Below the pieces are notes generated by a model. It made no database searches. It was given only the letters and a program-made list of their open reading frames with translations, and was not told the DNA's origin. Below, in pieces: positions 55,316 to 64,000 of a stretch of 64,000 bases of DNA. Origin of the DNA: Eledone cirrhosa (lineage: Eukaryota); contig OZ024742.1 of NCBI GenBank assembly GCA_964016885.1, forward strand, positions 136,524,001-136,588,000, written 5' to 3'. Numbering within the stretch: the first letter of the stretch is position 1; each line of letters opens with the position of its first letter. Position numbers and translations under genes: made by a program.

Positions 55316-55622
55316 CCCTTTAGCATTTACATTACTCTATATTTACTATTATATTTTCATGGTTGACTTTGCCTTTCATCCTTACGGGGTCGATAAAATA
55401 AAGTACCAGTAATGCTGGCCTTGTGCCTAAAGTAGAAACAATTATATTTTCATGGTAAAGGCTTCACATAATTATCTCACATAATATCGAATCTATGGGA
55501 TTTTGATATTATTTATTTTGAGAACAATACCTTAACATCAGCAGCTAATTATAGCCAGTTTAAACAGAAAGAGGTGAGAGAATTCTAGCCAGATATGGCC
55601 AGTTTAAATATTAATGGGTTAA
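55316..55622. mobile_element. piggyBac-like MITE with nested 5'-truncated family B SINE
   Basis: CCCTTTAGCATTTA ... TAAATATTAATGGG-TTAA ends; the SINE piece is flanked by the 16-bp direct repeat ATTATATTTTCATGGT. Confidence 0.6.
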
Positions 55623-58600
55623 AGAAATTACTATAATATATATGTTAGCAATTCTTGTTTTATTGTATTCTCCTCTTTCTCTATCTGTCTGTCATGTGGT
55701 CTCTTTCTCTATCCCTTTTTCTCTCAGTTGATCTGGGATATATGAAATATTGGCAGAGAGCTAGGGCTTTAGATATTTTTGACTCAGGACTTTGAAATGA
55801 AGTTTGTGATCTTAGATGTTGGAGATAAACTTCTTGTCGAGGTGACCTAATTGGTGTTGGGTCTAATTGTAGTGAAAATACAGTAGCTACAATAAGAATG
55901 GGACGAGGTAGATCAAACAGCTATTAGTTTTGTTGACAATGACACTCTCATCTATTTACCAAATTTAGACTTTATGTAGTATGAGTAAGAAGAATGGTGT
56001 TTGAATTGTAGTGAAAGACTAGGCTGTAATCAGCTATGTTTGATTTGTTGGATACATAAAGTTAAGGCTGCATGAAAGACAGAACACAATTCTGCAAGCC
56101 GGACATTAAATGCCTTAGCCAATGTATGCAGAACTGAAAACTTTGAACTGGTATGAACATGTAATGTAAATGAACTATCACTATTTTGGGATAAATTACC
56201 ATTTGCTATCAGTGGAAGCCACTCTTGACAGAAGGCCATTAAGGAAGACATGTGAGAAGGTGATGAGGTGACAAAAGGGGGTGCAAGGAGAATACAAATG
56301 ATAATATTGTCCAGCATGGGCTAATATAGAAAATGGATGTTCAGAAATAGTAATGAGGAAATACATATAGGCTCTCTAGTAAAAAAAATAAAGCAGTATT
56401 ATAAAAACACACAAAGAATCATTAAAAAATCATCTTTTGTATAAAACAGGAAAAAAAAAATGTATCCCTAATCTTCGGTGTGTGAAGATCGTAAAGAAAC
56501 ATATGATGCCATATTTATCATTTAGATTATTCTGAGCCCAGTATGACTCAGATGGAAAAAATAATACAAGTTTGTAGAAAATCTAGAAATACATTATATT
56601 AGATAGTTAAAACACGTCTTAGGAATATATGTGCCTGTGTGTATATATATATGGATGTGTATGTATATTTTTATATGTATGTGTGTGTATACATATATAT
56701 ATATATATAAATTATAGAACAGAGATCCTATAAAATAAACTAGATACTGAAGAATGGATCAACCAAACAGAAGGTGCTATAGAGAATATTGCTGTCTATA
56801 TTGGAAAAAATGCAGAAATATATCTCATCTGATGGATCTGTTAGACATTAATGATAATGAATAGATATCAGAAAAATATATATGATAGAAAGATATGATA
56901 AAAGCCACTGCTTATTTGACAGTGCGTATTCCAGAAAAACATTGAATTACATGAATCTAACAAAAGATAGCTGAAAGAAATATATTTTGCATAATGGATC
57001 TCTTAGAGACAAATGATAACACAGAAAAAACATAGAATAACATATGGAACATAAAAACAGTTTTTATATGGATCAGATAAAAATCATTGCACTTTGGAAT
57101 GTATTCTATAGGAAAATAGTTACACTGGATGGCTCATGGATAAGATGTAGTTTGCTGTATATCAATAAAGATTGGAAAGAAACATTAAGACATGAGGTAA
57201 ATTCCAAAAACAGCCTTGTTTGGATAGCATATATTGCAACACTAGCATGTCAATCAAAGAGAATGTGTGCGCCATTCAACTACAGTGCATCACAATAAGA
57301 GTTGATTTAAGTCAGATGCGAGGTGGGTGTCTTTCCATTGCCAATGGTTACAGTTGCTGTTGGTAGCAAACACAATCCAATTATCAGATTTTAAGGCCAT
57401 GGATTATCTTTATATTTGCCATATAAAAGTGAGATGTAATTTTGCTACTTCCAGTTAGTTTTCTGTTAATTGAATTAGAGTGTGGGGGATCACTGATGTC
57501 ACAATGAATAGTTCTTTGTAATTAGATATGTTTGTTGTTATTGCCATTGGCATTGTTCTTTGTGGCAATGTGGTGCAGCTTATATTAGTGACTGTTTGAA
57601 TTGAGGTGTGTGTGTGGGCGGGGGGGGGGGGTATGTGTACATAGAGGGTGATTATGAATTGTAGATTGAGTTATATATGTGTCTGTTGTGTGTTTATGTG
57701 ACTTGTTATGGTAGCAAGTGTTTTTTCTTCTGATTTGGTGCCCATGAATATTACTGCATGCTTGTTGATTGTACTACTATTGTTGTGTTGGTTGTCATTA
57801 TTGTTGTGTATGCACTTGCATACGTGTAAATATATTCATATATGATTATATCAATACATCAAACCATGTGTTTCATTATCTTTTGTGTCTTGTGTCTTTG
57901 TAAAGCTTGTTATTCAATGTATTTGTATTTTTAACTGTATACTATTATTATATTAAAGTTAATGTGAGTGAGTGTGTGTGTGTGCATGCATGTGAATATG
58001 TATACATAAGCTTGTTGTTTTAATGTGATAAGATGGGTGATTATGTATCTCATGTGTAACTGTTTATTGTAGCTATTGTTCTTGTATAAATCTAACATTT
58101 TGAAAATTTTAATGTGTATGTGTCTGAGTGTGTGATGTGATTTGTCTTGCATTGTCTGTTGTTTCTTACAATTCAAGCAAAGTCAGTTCATATTAATGAC
58201 TTCAGAATACCTACTTAAATCTATACAAATAGCCTTCTCTGCATCTCTCGTGTTCAACTGTTATCAAGTGGTAATATATGAAGCTCAAGAGAGATATGAC
58301 AAATTTAATATGACATCCTAGAGCTCACCTTTCCCATTTGTTCTCCCATATACTGAAATTAGTGCTACAGCCTTTACTGACCCTTATATACTAGAACTGC
58401 AAAAAAAACTAAACAAGCACAGGCAATACAGACATACACAGATATATATATATATACATATGTGCAAAGCCTTGAACACCTTGAACTACATACGCAACTG
58501 TTTAACTATTTTCATTTCTAATGTATGACATTGCCTATAGTTTGCAAATCATTTTCAAAATAATCAAAACTTTGTAAGGATTTAATAATATAACTTTATC

Positions 58601-59429
58601 ATTATTAAGCTAGTGTTTGAAACTTATCATAACAAAGGTTCTTATATAAAATTATAATGAAAGGATTCTAGATAACTATAATCATTTAAAAATAAACAGC
58701 CTTTTATCATAGAACCAGGAGCACTTCCAGCTAGTTTTGTGTCAAAAGTGTTAATCACTAAACTACTATTAAATACAAAACCACTAACACCACTACCATT
58801 AGGGGAGTTTTGATTGTTGTGTGCTTCAGATGGAGCAACAACAGCAAAAAAAAAAAGAAAAGAAGTTGAATGATAGAATATATGTGTGTTTGTCTATGTG
58901 AATATATGAACTTGTGTGGGAATGTAAGCTGGATATTAACAAAATAAAAGATGGAAGATTTTGTCTTTGTATATAACTGTATGTAAAAGTATGTGTGCCA
59001 AAATTTGTGATGTAAATAGATAAATAAAAAGAAAGATTGCAATGGTGTCAGTTTGAGAGCCGTATGGAAAAAATAGGTTTTAAAAAGATCTGAAGTTTAG
59101 AAATTATTTCATATTTTATTTTATTTTGCTTTTTATTCCATTTGTATATAATTTTCTTCATTTTTATTTGTAATTTCCTTCTGTTTTTTTTCTTTGTTTT
59201 TTTTTTTGTTTCCATTTGGCACTGAGTCAAACTTGATTTTATCAATAGAAACAACACAGGCTAATAATAATGCTGATAATGAATTTTTCTCTGTTGATGT
59301 GTGCCTGTTTAACAATGGGTGAGTGTGGGGGGGGTCTGTGTATGTGTGTGTTTACTCAATGCATCAATATAAAGGTAGTGACACAAAAGAAAGATTAGAA
59401 TAAACTCTCATTATGAAAGTGAAGCCACC

Positions 59430-59496
<67 letters not shown>

Positions 59497-60886
59497 TACA
59501 TGTGTGTGTGCATAGAATTTTGTAGTTATCACTATTATCTTTTGGTAAATTTGGCACCATTTAAGTGACATGTATTTGGCTAGCTAAGGCTACAACCTAG
59601 ATTTGGTAGTCATTCCCAACTGAAATTACTTAATTTTCGTTGTTAAGTGTACTACTTCTTAATGACAACAGGTTGTATCACATAAATCTGTTATTATTTT
59701 TATGGCAAATCTATGGGAATGTGTTCGTTGAAATATATAATAAAGCATGACCAGTTATGGAATCAAATTAAGACTTCTCTGCATCTATTTGATAAAAGAA
59801 ATTAATGAACTGGACAAATGTCTTGCAGGTCCAATGTAGTTCTGAAAATGATGTGAACTGCCTACATCCTGAAATACTACATATATCCCTGCTCTGGAAG
59901 TACTATATATTGAACTATGCCAGAGATAATCAAAAGTCATAAAGTGGAAATAGAAGAAATATCTTTTGAAGTAATTGAATTTCTCTAAAAATATTGAGAA
60001 ACTAAAAAGTATGTTTAGTCTCTTCACAATAAGGATGCCATCATTTGCTTCTCTAAATGTTATCCTGAGCTGAATATAACTTAGAATATAATTTAAGCTT
60101 ACAATTCTGCATAAATATAGTGTAGAATTTCTGAGAGTATATTGAAAAAAAACTCTCGTTTTATTTTGTGCAAATGGTTCAAGATTAACAGCATGAGTCA
60201 CTTAAAAGTAAGGAAGTATTGGTTACCTGGTACTGGTACAAGTTATCTGAAAAAAAAAAAAGAACTATGTTTAGCAGAGATCAAGTGCTGAGGCTCTTTA
60301 GAAATATCTTTGTCCTTTTTATGATAAAAGAACAAGTATATGTTAAGAAAGTATATATATGGATACATTCTATATCAATGTAAATAATACAATGCCTGGA
60401 ACTGTCAGGTAATTGTATAGATTTGCATTAATGTGATGTAGCCTCTCAGTGTATGTTGAGAGCATTCTCTTTCTACAGGAGAATGACATTTATCATAATC
60501 GTCATCATCATTTAATGTCCATTTTTAATAAATAATGTCTATCATGGGTTAGATAAGTTGTGCCATTGTGGGAAAAGGCAGATCTGATATCCGTGTCCTG
60601 CTCATACAGAACTGTTTCTGGCTTGATTTCTATGGCTATTTGCAGTGTGGATTGGGTGCATTTAATTGTGGCACCGAAAGGACAGAAACGAAAACTAGAA
60701 GAATACTTTCAAACTCAAAAGTAACAAGAAACACTGAGAATATGATGCATGATTCCCTGGATTGTTTTAGCACACTTTGTAGAGTAATATGAATGTTTTT
60801 GTAGGCATATCATTGAGCACTGAAATGTTCCTGGAAAGCCAAATCTGTGAAACAAGTACAATACAGATTCAATACATTTCATTATA

Positions 60887-61070
60887 TGGATTGGCAGTAT
60901 CGGTAGAGGGTCGGATGCCATGCTTTGAAGCATAGAGTTACCTCCCTGTATGATCTGAGTTCAAATCCCGCCGAAGTTAACTTTGCCTTTCATCCTTACG
61001 GGGTCGATAAAAATAAATTACCAGTAATGTACTGGGTAATTGCTGGCCTTGTGCCAAAAGTAGAAACAAA
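60887..61070 (+). mobile_element. tRNA-derived SINE family B
   Basis: Full-length-looking copy similar to 49475-49660. Confidence 0.8.
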
Positions 61071-61968
61071 TATATGCTTATGAGTTTTCAATGAAATTAG
61101 TTTTCTAGAATAGGAGAAATTCCATTACACTGACAGGTTTTCAGAACTGTATGATGATAAACTTTTAATATCATATCCAATAACCAACTATGTGTAATGT
61201 AACACTTGCATTTTAAACCGTATGGAAAATAATAAGTAGTTTTCTTATCTATTGGAGAAGTCTGATGAAGTATATGAGTTAAATACATTGGAAAAACTTT
61301 GGTAAAATGAAACAAAATGGTTATAACAATGAGAGAGATTTACATCATCTACCCTGCTAAAGCATGGATTAAGCTTAAAGACCTATGTCAGATGTCATGC
61401 TCAGCATAGTTTCCTTTTTAAATCAATGATTTATGATCAGATATTCTTCCTGACACCATTTTAATCATCAAGGATAGATTGCACTTATTAAAAATGGATA
61501 CATATATGTTACAAGAATAAGAAAGAAAATATATGAGAGTGTATTCATGTCCCTCTTTCTCAGTGTATATTGCAAATAGTGTATATTGCAAACAGTGTAT
61601 ATATACAATAAGCGGAAGCATGCAGCATTGGAATAACTATTTCACAGTTTAGTGGCAAGTAGTATGACAGTTGACAAATGTAAACAGAAAATCGATAATT
61701 GGTACAACAATATATAATGCTACAGATGCAAGCAAAGATATGTATGTATGGGTATGAGTATATATGTTGGTGTGAATGTGTGCTGTCCGAAAATTCTGAG
61801 CTAGGTAAACAATACTGTAATATCTCAAATCTTAATGGATACATAAACTCAACTACATGTATTTTGTAGTTTTCTCCTGTTTGTAAACACAAAAGTATGC
61901 ACGAATAAGCCCCCCCCCCCACACACACACACATACATACATACATACATATATATATACATATATAC

Positions 61969-62041
<73 letters not shown>

Positions 62042-62934
62042 ACAACCTCTTCTGCAATCTGTCAGCAGCCCAGCTTCAGTAGTGATTTGGTTTATATAGA
62101 CCCTCCTAGCCTTGCTAACAGGGAAAGTGGATGTTGATGAAGATGATATATATTTATATATATATATATACATGTATGAATATATATATTCCACTACGTT
62201 ATAAGTTACTATTAGATTTCTCTTGTTCCAACATTATCATGATGAATTAGTTTAACAACATAAGGACATTTTATTTATTTAGTTACTTGTATGTTTTGCT
62301 CAGTTGAGCATGTTGGATATATGATGAACAATATTATTATTTTCACTGCTGTTGTACTAAGTTATCCACTACACAACTAGACTTCTACAGCTACTAATAA
62401 TACTATAAAAGATTACCTATGTATATATATATATATATATATAAATATACATGATATAAATATACATGATATAAATACAATATATATCCGCATATATATA
62501 TATATATACATAAATATATGTATGTAATATACATGTATATGTATGTGTTTGTGTGTATACGTATGTATGAGCATATATATAGTTGTATCCTAACACATAA
62601 TCCTTCTTTTTCATGTGTAATAATTGTCTTTCATTCCATGAAAGGTAAGTCTTGTTTCTTTGAAGTTGTGTATTCAGGGTTTTTCTCATACACAACAGAA
62701 ATAGGTGTCATTTTTGCTGATGCTTTTGATTTTCTCTTTCTACTTTTCGTTGCTATTTTCATTTGAAATATTTTTATTAAGAATTTTAAAGAATTGTAAT
62801 AAGAACAATGTCAGCAAATCAGGCATTTATTTTGTCAAACAGGTGTCTTGCTCATAAATCTTGTCTAACACATAAATTTGTTTTCTTTCAGTAATGCATT
62901 CTTTACAACAACTCTAAAAGACTACGAAATGCAA

Positions 62935-62935
<1 letters not shown>

Positions 62936-63004
<69 letters not shown>

Positions 63005-63317
63005 GTATGTATATATAAACACATATATAAACATAATATATATATATACATATATTCATATATATATATATATACATATATGTATATATATATATATATA
63101 TATATTCATATATATATGTATATATATATATTCATATATATATATGCATACATATATGTATATATATATATATTCATATATATATACATACATATATGTA
63201 TATATGTATACATATACATATATATGCGTATGTATATATACATATACATATATATACGTATATATATATACATATATGTATATATACATATACATATATT
63301 CATTTATATATATACAT

Positions 63318-63382
<65 letters not shown>

Positions 63383-63467
63383 CATATATATATATACATA
63401 TAAACATATATATACATATATATATACATATACGCATATATATATACACATATATATATATATAAAC

Positions 63468-63506
<39 letters not shown>

Positions 63507-63545
63507 CATATATATACACATATATACACACATATATATATATAC
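62936..63545. repeat. Compound (TA)n/(TACA)n microsatellite
   Basis: Directly visible. Confidence 0.97.
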
Positions 63546-64000
63546 ATTTTTATAACTACTTACTTAGTATATATATAACTATTACTACCATTTTCTTGTA
63601 ACTATGATTAGGAGAATAATATGTGGAACTATGTTAGTAGCCCTACGTTCTTATACAGATTCAGCTATGTAACTGATCAATTCACATCTATAGGGTTCGC
63701 TTTGCTCTGAGATATTTCATTTAATATTAAAATCAGTTTTCTATTTTTTTTAGATGCTTGGTGTAGATTTTTGACAGATTTCATATCTTCTTAAAATAAC
63801 TGAATGAGAAAATATGGTTAAAGTAGCGTTGCTTGAAATTCCTCTCAACGATTTATATATAGTTTTTTATATTCTCTCATTTCGATGTGTCTGATATAGA
63901 TTATGTCTGCTTTATATATTATTGATTTAACATTATACAACTGTTTATACAGGCATACATTAATATATCTGCATATACTGCTTGCTCCATGTGATTTTGT

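Overview
Very AT-rich, (TA)n-saturated animal genomic DNA. The SINE types and repeat landscape suggest a coleoid cephalopod (Octopus-like); this is an inference. The window lies inside one large + strand teneurin (Ten-m/TENM) gene. Eleven coding exons splice in frame with matching phases: 9509-9691, 13029-13175, 17027-17234, 22581-22700, 27220-27499, 28966-29233, 31511-31651, 32004-32256, 36338-36573, 39096-39253 and 39881-40955. They run from the last EGF repeats through the Cys-rich/TTR/FN-plug region and NHL beta-propeller to the first YD repeats. The gene's start and end lie outside the window, and I found no teneurin-like exon in the last 23 kb. Introns carry tRNA-derived SINEs, CR1- and RTE-type LINE fragments and TTAA MITEs. 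The most striking unannotated signal is at least five type I hammerhead ribozyme folds of the minimal Penelope-like kind (382-450 on -; 10893-10941, 13448-13512, 23055-23105 and 27841-27893 on +). They belong to sequence-divergent short elements in or beside (TA)n tracts, and several are fold-backs with an antisense arm. Splicing oddities include a CAG|GTGAGT recursive-type acceptor, a GC donor, a candidate 27-nt EGF-region microexon and a candidate intronic ratchet point. All folds and alignments were done by eye, not computed.
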